64,000 bases of DNA from the human T2T-CHM13v2.0 reference genome, Homo sapiens, in assembly GCF_009914755.1 (NCBI RefSeq), contig NC_060926.1; one strand, given 5' to 3'. Of the stretch, positions 40,812-53,178 are shown in pieces. The position numbers were made by a program, and so were the translations under genes. Below the pieces are notes generated by a model. That model did no database searches, was not told the origin of the DNA, and was given only the letters and a program-made list of their open reading frames with translations. The stretch's first letter is position 1. Each line of letters begins with the position of its first letter.

Positions 40812-40837
40812 TTTATTGTCTTTACCATTACTTTAAT
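40812..40837 (-). terminator. FZD5 poly(A) signals (AATAAA at 40817-40812, ATTAAA at 40837-40832)
   Basis: Plus-strand tttatt and tttaat at the end of a long repeat-free AU-rich tract. Confidence 0.7.
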
Positions 40838-43602
40838 GCATTTTAAAATTTATCTACATTAATTGGGAACAAAGAAAAATAGACATTTCTTTGTTTTTCA
40901 TAAATAACTAATCTTCATATTTGATAAAAATCTCAAATGATTATTTTACCTTCCCACAAATATAATACATACAAAATTTTTCTGAAGTAAGGTCAACAAA
41001 TTAAGTATCTTGAGACTAACATAACCACATACAACTGCTGTTTCTACTGACTCCCAGGAACGAAGCAGAAACAAAAACTCATCAAGCTGCTCTGGGTTTC
41101 CTTTTGTAAGTGTTACAGATTCAGAACTGTAATCATGTATCATCTGCCAGTAATAACATATGGATTCAAATTGATTGTCTACAAATAAAGTATCGCTGGC
41201 TCTAGTGTAACTTCTGGATTTAACATAACAGTGACTACAGCATGGGATAGGCACTATACATATATGGAAATCATAAACAGTATCGAATGCCCTGGACTTC
41301 AACTACTGACTCGGTATGTGCCTCATTTGGCTCAGTAATAAATTCACCTGCACCAAACCCGTATCAAAAGTCACCAAATCTCTCATATATATATATAATA
41401 TATATTATGTATATATACAACCCACAAAACATACATACTATACATAGTTTGTAACAACATGAAGTCATACTGTCTTAAAATGATGCACTCACAGACAGAC
41501 ACTATCCTGGCTGAAATAAATCCTATTGTCATCAGGCTGCTAGCTTTTGAGAGTCTTGACTCAGGTTAGCTACTTATATTCTGCCTACTCTTCACCCTTC
41601 TTTAACGTCTTGGCAGTTCTTTCAGAACCACCCTCCGCAATCCAGACAGATTTGTTTCCCAGGATCACTTGATTGGACTTTGGAAACAAGAAAGAGCATG
41701 CAGAGGGAGCAGGCAATTCTTAGCCACTGTCCCTCACACCTGCCTATACGTGTGATGTGCTCTGTCCTGTTGGCCACATTTAGTGTTAGAAAGCAGTTAT
41801 TCAAAGCTCTGTCCCTCCTACCCCCCTTGGGCTTTCTGTAGAGCACAAAAGTGAAAGAAGCTTCTTTGGCTGGGGTAGCAGTTCATTAAAATATACAACT
41901 ACATTTCCTAGCTCTGGGGTTCCCATTCTGTACTGGAGAGTGCAGGTCACGGATGCTGTTATTAAGGTTTGGTGTGTGATCCATGAGGTTTTCTCCTGGC
42001 AGCCGGTGTCAGGATTAGCGCAGCTCCAGCCCAGGAGGCAACAGCCTAATGAATACCAACTTTGAAACAGTGCTGTCGGCACGTTATTTAAGCTTGTACA
42101 TGCCCACAATTACACACAACACACACATGGGCCTTGGTCACTGGCAATGGTCATGAGAAAATATGAGAAAGGTTTGCAAGGAAAACCAATAAGGCACCAA
42201 GAAAAATTATTTCCAGTCAATTTTACCATTTCAAAATGTGAGAAGGAAAATCATAGAAATTAAAAAGATTTCCTAAAATCTGGTCAGCTAATTCACTGAG
42301 AGGTCCCATTAGTTCCTTTAGACAACCTACCTGAATGGAATCCTTACCCCCTAAGCTATGAAGTGAGGCATTGCTTAAAATCAAACTGAAAGGGACAGCC
42401 CTGAAGCTGTACACATAAGAGACTCCAATGGGCCCTAAGTCCTCCCCAGCTCCACAAAGCTGGCTGTGAAGAAGTTGCTGAACTACTCCATAACCTTTTA
42501 TTTTACAGTTGCTTTCATGAGCATGACTTGTTTCCATAATCACATGCAAATTGGGGGAAGTAAGTATATGGATGGAAACAGGGGGTGGCTGTAAGTAGAT
42601 CCAGTTTCTCTCCCCTGGGGTGGCTGATCTCAGTAAGACTTAGGGATGCAGGTGGGCTTTTATCTTTGTCTCTCTTAGGGGATGAGGGAAGAGAGGGACA
42701 GCAGAGGTGAGAACAGAGACAAAGAAGTGCTTCTGAAAGTTGGTCTGGAATTAGACCCCAAAGATCCTGACTAATATTGCCCCCCACTTGGGCTTAGCGT
42801 CCTTTGTTTTAACTGGCTTATTTTTAAAGTAAATTAGTTGTTCAGCATGTTGCTAAAACAAAACAAAACAAAATTCTAAAAATGAATTAAATCACTTTCA
42901 TCCACTTCATCCCACAACTTTTGGATACACTGTGCATCATTTCCAGATTTCTCCACAAAGAAGGAGGGACAACCCAAATGAGGCACAATGACTGAAGGCA
43001 GCAGAGCAGTCTGTCTACTTTCTGGGAAGACATATGAAATGAGGGAAAAGGTCAAGGTGATCAGAAAAGGTTCTCTCATTTGAAAAACAGGAGAGGAATT
43101 GGCATTCAGTCAAGGGATCTATTTCAAGATTCTAGGAAGAGGCTTCTTCCTAGAAGAATAAATAGAGGAATAAAATAGGCACAAAGTTCTGTAGCTATTT
43201 GTACGAGGTTTTGTAGAATCCACTGAAATTTTAATTCAGAGGATAAATTGGGTAAGAGCAGTGCATTTTAATAAATGTGAAGTTTTTGAGAGTCCTTACA
43301 ACTTTAATACTAGGTTTCTTCCCACCAGTAAAGTGTTTAAATTCCCCCTGGGAACTATGCATTTGTCTATTTAACATCCATGAAGTAAAAATTGTCCTAG
43401 GCTTAAATTTTACTTTTCCAACTTTGGTATAAGTGAATTACAAATGCCTACACTCAAGTTGTTTTCCTAGACAGGATTTTCTCAAATGTTAATTGCTCTG
43501 GCCATTTTAGCTTCCTAAATTTAGTCCCCAATCCTGGTCATTGGTATTTTGCTGGCTGAGGCACTGTCACCCCCCTTCCCCAGTAATGGCCCCACACTCT
43601 TC

Positions 43603-43781
43603 ATGAATGAATGCTTAAACAGATTAGGAAAGCAAACAGAATTTTCTAATAGCAAAGAAACCTCTGTGTGTATGTTCATCAATATAAGCGTTCATAATGA
43701 ATGAAGGAATAGTTAAACAGATTAGTAAAGCAAACCAAATTCTCTAATTGCAAAGTGTGTGTGTGTGTGATCATCAATATA
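43603..43781. repeat. Degenerate tandem duplication (~90 bp x2) in the FZD5 3' UTR
   Basis: atgaatga..ttaaacagattag(g/t)aaagcaaac..aatt.tctaat.gcaaag..tgtgtgt..tcatcaatata at 43603-43686 and 43697-43781. Confidence 0.85.
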
Positions 43782-45191
43782 CAGGCTTTCTCAGAAGAGG
43801 AAGAAAACTATAGAGGTAGCACTATACTGATCTATATTTTAAAAGGTTGTGCAAGCATGTTATGCATCTCTTTTGTTTTCAGAGACGGCAGAGAGCAACG
43901 TCTTGCTGCTCTTGGAATATCTGGCTATAAACTAGTCCAAAGTCCAGGAACACTTATTTTCCCTTATTTGGGCCAATGTTTGTTCACAGGTAGCCAGCCT
44001 CCCTCCCCCAGTTCAAGCACTTCATTCAAGGGTGGGTGTGGTTTCTAATCACAGCTCTCCAGGAGAGGAGGAATAAGAAAAGCAAAAAGGCTGTTTAACA
44101 TGATAAAGGGGGAGGGGGGAGGGGTGAGGGGGTGGAGCAAATAAGTGTTGGAAATTTACTTATTAGAAGTATATCCATTTCAGTCCTTACATTTAAAAAG
44201 GAGCCCCCTTTAGCAACTGTCGCTAAGTATTGTCCAGAGGGAGTGGGTTTATACTTTTACCAAAATTATAACACAAGTTCCTTAAAAAAAAAAAAAAAAA
44301 AAAAAAAGGGATCACTGAAGCTTAAGAACCACCCACTACCTCTCAGGCACAAAGCTGCCATCTCACCAGCCTAAAATTCAAGCTCCACCAATCACCATCG
44401 CTTAGGCTCTCACTACTGCAAATATTTATGCCAGATCCTCTATAATGCTACCTCTAACTTATTCAAGACACAACGATGGTGCTGTTAGGAGTGAGAATTA
44501 TTACAAGCACTACAGAAAAGAAACTGAACCTCCCTCTATAAACAAAGCTAAGGCTGAACACAAAACCGCTAAGCACTCCCTAACCTTGTCACTTTGGGGA
44601 GGCCCTGAGCTCATTATGCTCCCCTCCTAGGTATGACCTGGGGCTATAAACTGCAGCTCACCTTAAAGAATCATGGACACTTTAAGCAGTGGAAGGTGAA
44701 GCTGGCTGAAAAAGCACACCCAACAACTTCCCAGTCACAGCAACCGAAACGTTCACTGTTCACATTTTTTTTTAAAGACACACGTATAGGAAATATATTT
44801 TCCCAATTGAGACCACACAGTTCAAAGAAACCTGAACCAAGTGGAACTTCATTACAACGCCAACCTTAGGATTGTAAAGCCCCCAAAGCAAAGGTAAATT
44901 GTTGCCAAAATGCAACAAAGTTACAAATTAAGAAAAATACATATAAATTAAAAAGAGGGTTCCCATAAAGAAGGCAGTAAGAAACGCAAAATAGAATACA
45001 CGTGAGCTGGGCCCCTTGGAGAAGACCTGGGACAGGTTCTTCCTCGAAAACGCCCCTCTTCCCTCTCTCCAAGTCGCCGCGGGAGGGGGCAACAGCACCA
45101 TGAAGGTAAACGGAAGTGACCTTGGCAAAACTACCAAACAAAACGCCCCCCTCCCCTCAGCTCTCCGGCCGAGTCCCTCGGCGGCAGCCTC

Positions 45192-46949
45192 CTACACGTG
45201 CGACAGGGACACCTGCTTGTGGTAGGTGGCGGCGGGGCCCGGCGGCCCGGTCCTGCCTGTGAGCGCGGCGCTCGCCTCGGGGTAGTCCCCTGCGGCCATG
45301 GCGCCCCCGCTCTTGTGGCCGCGCCGCGGGCGGCAGCAGCAGCGGCTGGTGAAACGCCGCCACGACTCCACCGTCTTGCCCGACCAGATCCAGACGCCCG
45401 ACGTGATGCCCACCACCAGGCACATGAAGTACTTGAGCATGAGCACCCAGTACTCGGGCTTGGCGCGCGGCTGGCCGGTGTCGTGGCCCGGGCAGGCGCA
45501 GGTGAGCGCCGCCTCCCAGCTCTCGCGGTAGTGCTGCTCGTACAGGTAGCAGGCCACCACAATGCTGGCGGGGACCGTGTAGAGCAGCGTGAAGATGCCG
45601 ATGCGGATCATGAGCTTCTCCAGCTTGTCCGTCTTGGTGCCGCCCTGCTTGATGACGCTGCGGATGCGGAAGAGCGACACGAAGCCCGCCAGCAGGAAGA
45701 GCGTGCCCACCAGCAGGTAGAGCACCAGCGGGCCCAGCACGAAGCCGCGCAGCGAGTTCAGGTTCTGGTTGCCCACGTAGCAGATGCCGGCCACTGGGTC
45801 CCCGTCCACGGAGCTCAGCGCCAGTGCCGTGATGGACTTGACGCTGGGGATGAGCCACGCAGCCAGGTGGAAGTACTGCGCGTAGCCCGCGATGGCCTCG
45901 TTGCCCCACTTCATGCCGGCGGCCAGGAACCAGGTGAGCGACAGGATGACCCACCAGATGGAGCTGGCCATGCCGAAGAAGTAGACCAGGAGGAAGACGA
46001 TGGTGCACAGTGCAGGGCCCGTGGTCTCGTAGTGGATGTGGTTGTGCTCGCGGCTGCAGGCCACGCTGGCATGGCCCACGACCAGACGCACCAGGAAGCC
46101 CAGCGACACGCACAGGTAGCAGGCTGACAGGAAGATGATGGGGCGCTCAGGATAGCGGAAGCGTTCCATGTCGATGAGGAAGGTGGCCACTGTGGTGGAC
46201 GTGGAGATGAAGCACAGCACCGACCACAGGCCTATCCAGAAGGTGGCGAACGTGCGCTCGTCGGCACTGAAGGACGGCTGGTAGCAGGGTACCGCGCAGT
46301 TGAGCACCTGGCCCGTCCGCACCTTGTTGTAGAGCGGGTGTGACTCCTTCAGAATGGGCACGAAGGGCTCGCGACACTTGCACACGAACGGGCCCCCAGC
46401 GGGGCATTCGCCCCCCGAGGCCGGCGCCCCTGGCGGGCCTGGAAGGGTGGGCTTGGCTGGGAAAGGCCTGGGGGGCGCCGTGGTGGCCTCGCTGCGGTTG
46501 TAATCCATGCAGAGGACCTCGGCGTCGCGGCCCAGCACCGGGAGGCGGTCGCAGCTCATGCGCTCGGGCCAGGCGAAGCCGTACTGGCGCATCAGCGGCG
46601 AGCAGCCGGCCTTGGCGCGCTCGCACACCGAGCGGCAGGGCGGCAGCGGCTTGTGGTAGTCGGGCAGACAGATGGGCGTGTACATAGAGCATAGGAAGAA
46701 GCGCAGGTCCGGCGAGCATTGGATCTCCACCAGCGGCCAGAACTGGTGCACCTCCAGGCCCGCCTCGTCCTGCGTGTCGTGGTTGAACTGGTTGGGCATG
46801 TGCGTCAGGTTGTAGCCGATGCCGCGGCACATGGGCACCGTGATTTCCTGGCACACCGGGGCCTTGGACGCGGCGGCCGCCCGGCCCACCAGCTGCGCCA
46901 GGAGCAGCAGCAACAGCGAGGGCGGCGCGGATGGGTCAGGCCGAGCCAT
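45192..46949 (-). CDS. FZD5: Frizzled-5 Wnt receptor, 585 aa, intronless CDS
   Basis: ATG at 46949 in context gcgATGg; signal peptide, cysteine-rich Wnt-binding domain (CQEITVPMC...), seven TM segments, KTxxxW motif (KTVESW), C-terminal PDZ ligand SHV. The ORF track's extra 15 aa start at a non-ATG codon. Confidence 0.99.
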   Translation of the reverse strand: MARPDPSAPPSLLLLLLAQLVGRAAAASKAPVCQEITVPMCRGIGYNLTHMPNQFNHDTQDEAGLEVHQFWPLVEIQCSPDLRFFLCSMYTPICLPDYHKPLPPCRSVCERAKAGCSPLMRQYGFAWPERMSCDRLPVLGRDAEVLCMDYNRSEATTAPPRPFPAKPTLPGPPGAPASGGECPAGGPFVCKCREPFVPILKESHPLYNKVRTGQVLNCAVPCYQPSFSADERTFATFWIGLWSVLCFISTSTTVATFLIDMERFRYPERPIIFLSACYLCVSLGFLVRLVVGHASVACSREHNHIHYETTGPALCTIVFLLVYFFGMASSIWWVILSLTWFLAAGMKWGNEAIAGYAQYFHLAAWLIPSVKSITALALSSVDGDPVAGICYVGNQNLNSLRGFVLGPLVLYLLVGTLFLLAGFVSLFRIRSVIKQGGTKTDKLEKLMIRIGIFTLLYTVPASIVVACYLYEQHYRESWEAALTCACPGHDTGQPRAKPEYWVLMLKYFMCLVVGITSGVWIWSGKTVESWRRFTSRCCCRPRRGHKSGGAMAAGDYPEASAALTGRTGPPGPAATYHKQVSLSHV

Positions 46950-47204
46950 CGCCCCCTCCCTCCCCTCGCCTCCAGCAGCCCGCGAGGGACGCACACAGGC
47001 AGAGGAATCCGGGCCGGGGCTTCTCCCTCCGGCGTCTCGTGTGTGGCGCCGGGGCTGGCAACCTGTTGGTTGCTTTTTCCTTTAAAGAAAACCGTCCAAA
47101 GATAAACTGCTTCGGGAAGGCGCTGCCTCCGCTGGCAGCGCTCCGCTCCTCGCCGGATAGGGCTGGGGAGAGACGGTTAGGGCTCGGATTCCAGGGAAAG
47201 GACT
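46950..47204 (-). other. FZD5: FZD5 exon 2 5' UTR portion (255 nt)
   Basis: Minus-strand acceptor ttcttctccccccttcttttttaaAG ending at 47205. Confidence 0.8.
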
Positions 47205-47474
47205 CTTTAAAAAAGAAGGGGGAGAAGAAAGATTGCAACCACTCCCTGTTGGAGAGGCGTCAACAGTTCGGTCCCCGCGAGCTGTCTCCAAATCTCTTAA
47301 GTTAACCCCTTTCCTTTCCTCCCCGCTCCGCCTCCTGTAACCAAACTACCGACTCCCCCACCCTCTCTTTCCAAGCTGGGCCCTTCAGGCAGTGCCCGGA
47401 GACCAGAACCCTCAGCTTCCCGGAAAAGGGCACAGGAAACGGGAGAAGAACAGGGAGAAAGGGAAGGTTCTCAC
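47205..47474 (-). other. FZD5: FZD5 intron 1 (270 nt, within the 5' UTR)
   Basis: Minus-strand donor GAG|GTGAGA at 47475/47474 and the acceptor above; junction GTGGAG|AGTCCTTTCC agrees with my recollection of the mRNA. Confidence 0.75.
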
Positions 47475-48120
47475 CTCCACGGATCCCGCCGAGAAGAGCA
47501 GACAGTCCCCAGCCAGCCTGGGTCCTCCGTCCCTGGGTCACTCCGCTGAGAAGCGCGACTCAGAGCCGGGCTGGCGCCCGGAAAGTTTAGCGACAGGCTG
47601 GGTACCCGTGGCAGCGGCACATGGCAGCAGGTGGGGGCGACTCAGAGTGGGGGGCGCCCCCAGAACAGGGGCGGCGCAGGCCGGTCACTCGCCCTCTCCT
47701 CCTCGGGAGCCCCCCGCATGATCCAGACGGAGCCGGGCAGGGGCAGGCCGTGCGTTCTCCCCGGGGCCGGGAGCCGGACGGAGGGCGAGCGCGCCTGGCA
47801 GCACCTGGGCGGGAGGAAGGCGGGAGGCGGGGGCCGTGGGACCCCGCCGCCTCACAGCACCGCGAGCAGCCGGCGCTGGCCAGGCCGGGACTGCATGGTG
47901 AGCGCCGGCCGCCGCGTCCCGCCCGCCGCTCGCCTCCTCCCCTGCAGGGGGCTCCGCGCTCCAGTGGACTCCTGGGGGCGGTGGCGACGCTCTCGGGACG
48001 TGCCCTGCTCGGCTCCTCCCCCGCGCTCTCGCACCCTTTCGCCCACCTCTGGCGAGCACGGAACCGCGCGCGGCGGCGACCACAGCGGACTCACGGCCGC
48101 AGGCTGGCTGCCCTCTCCCG
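47475..48120 (-). other. FZD5: FZD5 non-coding exon 1 (5' end approximate)
   Basis: GC-rich sequence between the donor site and the GC-box cluster; TSS position inferred. Confidence 0.6.
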
Positions 48121-48350
48121 CCCCGCCCGGGTCACCTGCTTCTAATGCCCGCCGGGAAGCCCCGCCCCGGCTCCGCCCCCTCAGGCCCGGGCGCGGTTGG
48201 TGGGCCGCCTCGCCAAGCTCTCCGCGCGTCCCCGCCCACTGCCCCGCGGGCTCGGCCTTTCCCCCGGCGCCCTCTGGCCCCGCCAGGAGCGGGCAGCCAA
48301 GGAGCGCTGACCAATCGCGGGCCTGGAGGAGATGGGGGCGGGGCGAATGC
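48110..48350 (-). promoter_or_regulatory. FZD5 TATA-less core promoter (Sp/KLF GC boxes, CCAAT box)
   Basis: Multiple CCGCCC/GGGCGG boxes (~48122, 48160-48180, 48231, 48278, 48335) and CCAAT at 48311-48315. Confidence 0.65.
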
Positions 48351-48624
48351 TAATCATGCCGCTCTGGGCACCCGGGCGGGAAGCCCTTGCCAGAAGTCCC
48401 TCCGGAGTTCTCTGCCCGCGCCCTGGGTGCAGGACTCGCTCCTGTAACTTCCTGGCTTATGCACCTTTGCTCCCAGGGCCCCTGCCCTTTCTGCCTGCAG
48501 CTAAGCGTCCTTACAGAGTTCAGTGCTTCTTTGAAAGAACTGCTCAAGGAATCACTCTTAGGCGTGGCTGTCTCCCTTCCGAGCTGTCTTGGAACTGTGT
48601 GAAAGAAGAGAGGATACTTACTGA

Positions 48625-48962
<338 letters not shown>

Positions 48963-49369
48963 CGTTTACATCTTAAGACAAGATCTCACTCCTTACAACA
49001 ATTCTGAGGCAGGTACTTCCTACAGGTGAAGAAACCGAGACTGAGACTTGGCCAAGGCAACCGAGCTAATCATAGTTCCCCCAAGAAAGGGCGACCTCGG
49101 CAAGCAAGTTCACCTCCGTATTCCGATCACCTGGCACATAGTAGCCGCCCAAATGGCAACCCTGGGATTCGAACCCAGGTAGTTGGTCAGCGGCACTCAC
49201 CATCGTAGCCGCCCCTCCCCCCATACTATCGCAGCCTCCCTGGCTTCGACCTTTACTTTTGCATCTCTTAACAAAATCTTGTTGTGACAAGAAAATGGAT
49301 TTCTTTCTGCCTTTAGAAGACCCAGAAAGATGTGAGTCCTTTATTGGTCGAGGTTTATAATCCCAGGCA

Positions 49370-49560
49370 GTTCCGAAGTCGCCCGCAGAGAGAAGCGATA
49401 CCGACCCAGGGTTCTGTGCTGGGCAGGGCGCCGGCCTCCCCGTGCCCTTCCGTCCCCGGCTGCCTGCTGCTAAGCCGCGCACTTGCGCGCCGCGGGGGGT
49501 CGGAGGGCGCACCGATGGCGGGGACACGGCGGCGCTCTTCAGTTGCGCAATTATGCTACA
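49370..49560. promoter_or_regulatory. Small satellite CpG cluster upstream of FZD5
   Basis: CpG-dense unique sequence with a C/EBP palindrome GTTGCGCAAT at 49542-49551. Confidence 0.5.
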
Positions 49561-49993
49561 AGTTTTAAATGTCCTAAAAATGCCTCTTTTCTATGTGTTG
49601 TAATTAGATTGGAAGACTGAGGTATTTAGCATACTTGAAATACATTCACACGCCTAGGAAGAGGGTTTAAATTTTTTCCTTCTCCCCAAACTTTTCCTTC
49701 CACTGGGCAAAGGGCGAAAATAGGCAAGAGGGCCTGGGGACACTTGAAGGGATAGGGACTGGACTAACTGGACTAGATCCAGATCAACCGCGGGTTACTG
49801 TCCATCTCCTGTGCTGGATCCCATTGGCACAGGTTGGAAGAATAAATTGCGGAAGTGCCACTCCCCTCCTGCGTATCAACAACGCTTTGTGGGCAATAAT
49901 GAAGAACACGTGTGTTAATCCCAGCCTCCAAGTTAAAAAGGAACAAATATCAATCACTTCGCGGATATCAAAACTATTAATAAACGTTTAAAA

Positions 49994-50140
49994 GGCCGGG
50001 CGCCATAGCTCACGCCTGTAATCCTAACACTTTGGGAGGCTGAGGTGGGAGGATGGCTTGAACCCAGGAGTTTGCAGACCAGCCTGAGCAACATAGCAAG
50101 ACCCCCAACTCTAAAATACATAATTAAATAAATGAATAAA
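49994..50140 (+). mobile_element. FLAM / Alu monomer
   Basis: Single left arm with A-rich tail. Confidence 0.8.
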
Positions 50141-50490
50141 TATACCTTACATCTTTCTTTCTCTGGAATTCTACAGGTGTTCATATTTTATCTCTTGTGT
50201 TTTGGAATTACTTGCCACTCTGGGTCAGGAAGCATCCCAGGGTTGAAAATAGTGGGAGTTGAAAAGCTGTGGGCATAGCAGTGAGCAAGAAAGGGAAGCC
50301 CTCAGTGGAAAGTATGTGCAGACTATGAACATGCCAAGGGAGGCCCATCTCATTCTGTGCTCTTTATGCAACGTGTGTATTACTGGGGATGGACAAGTGT
50401 TGGCTAATAATAAAAATTATTTGAAGTTGGAGAATGTTAATCACTCACACTGGAATTTAGCCAGAATATTTGTGTTATTTCACACGGTTC

Positions 50491-51447
50491 TGTCAGAGGC
50501 ATTTGAACCAGAGCGACTCCATCTTGGATAGGGACTGGGTAAAATAAGGCTGAGACCTACTGGGCTGCATTCCCAGGAGGTGAAGACATTCTAAGTCAAC
50601 AGGGTGAGATAGGAGGTCAGCACAAGATACAGGCCATAAAGACCTTGCTGATAAAACAGGGCGCAGTAAAGAAGCCGGCAAAAACCCAGCAAAACCAAGA
50701 TGGCCAGGAGAGTGACCTCTGGTCGTCCTCACTGCTTATTGTAACTTAATTATAATACATTAGCATGCTAAAAGACACTCCCACCAATGCCAAAGCAGTT
50801 TACATTTTACAGATGCCATGGCAACCGTCAGGAAGTTACCCTGTATGGTCTAAGAGGGGGAGGAACCCTCAGTTCCGGGAATTGCCCGCCCCTTTCCCGG
50901 AAACTCATGAATAATCCACCCTTTGTTTAGCATATGATCAAGAAATAACCATAAAAATGGGCAACCGGCGGCCCATGCCGCTGCTCTGTCTATGGAGTAG
51001 CCATTCTTTATTCCTTTCCTTCTTTTTTTTTTTTTTTTTTTTTTTTTTTTGACAGTCTTGCTCTGACGCCCAGGCTGGAGTGCAGTGGGGGTGCAAGCTC
51101 GTCTCACTGCAACCTCTGCCTCCTAGGTTCAAGCAATTCTTGTGCCTCAGCCTCCCAGGAAGCTGGGATTACAGGCCTACGCCACAACACCCTGCTATTT
51201 TTTGCATTTTTAGTAGAGTCGGGGTTTCGCCATGTTCACCAGGCTGGTCTGGAACTCCTGGCCTCAAGTGATCCGCCCGCCTCGGTCGGACTCTCAAGGT
51301 GCTGGATTACAAGCATGAACCACCTCGCTCGGCCCTTTCTTACCAAACTTGCTTTCACTTTACTCTATGGATTCGCCCGGAATTCTTTCTTGCATGAGAT
51401 CCAAAAACCCTCTCTTGGGGTCTGAATCAGGACCCTTTTCCAGTAAA
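50491..51447 (+). mobile_element. MER41B-type ERV1 solo LTR, interrupted by an antisense Alu (~51020-51335)
   Basis: Starts tgtcagaggcatttgaaccagagcgactccatcttg, ends ...ggacccttttccagtaaa; flanked by a GGTTC duplication (50486-50490 / 51448-51452); ~640 bp after removing the Alu; tandem GAS motifs present. Confidence 0.85.
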
Positions 51448-51580
51448 GGTTCTGAAGAAAACAATGTTATCTACTGGTTTGTAAACCTTTTCTTCATCAA
51501 CAGCAAAATCTTAATTTTACTTGGAGATCTCTAATAATAATAGTGATAGCAGAGAACTTTATGGAAAGAAACTTATTTCA

Positions 51581-53178
<1,598 letters not shown>

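Larger units (their letters stand above)
40800..45191 (-). other. FZD5: FZD5 3' UTR (~4.4 kb)
   Basis: Between the FZD5 stop codon and the poly(A) signals; no recognisable Alu; contains a U24 tract (plus A24 at 44284-44307). Confidence 0.75.
45050..48450. promoter_or_regulatory. CpG island covering the FZD5 promoter, exon 1 and the whole CDS
   Basis: Very high GC and CpG density compared with the CpG-depleted flanks. Confidence 0.92.

Noticed and set aside
45198-46127. 309-aa + strand ORF antisense to FZD5
   Set aside because: Codon-register shadow of a high-GC3 CDS; low-complexity Ala/Arg/Gly/His product with no independent promoter or domain
46950-46994. 15-aa N-terminal extension of FZD5 in the ORF track (600 aa)
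   Set aside because: Starts at a non-ATG codon; the ATG at 46949 has good Kozak context and directly precedes the signal peptide
48529-48535. TCF/LEF-like CTTTGAA upstream of FZD5 (Wnt feedback idea)
   Set aside because: A single 7-mer is expected many times by chance in 64 kb
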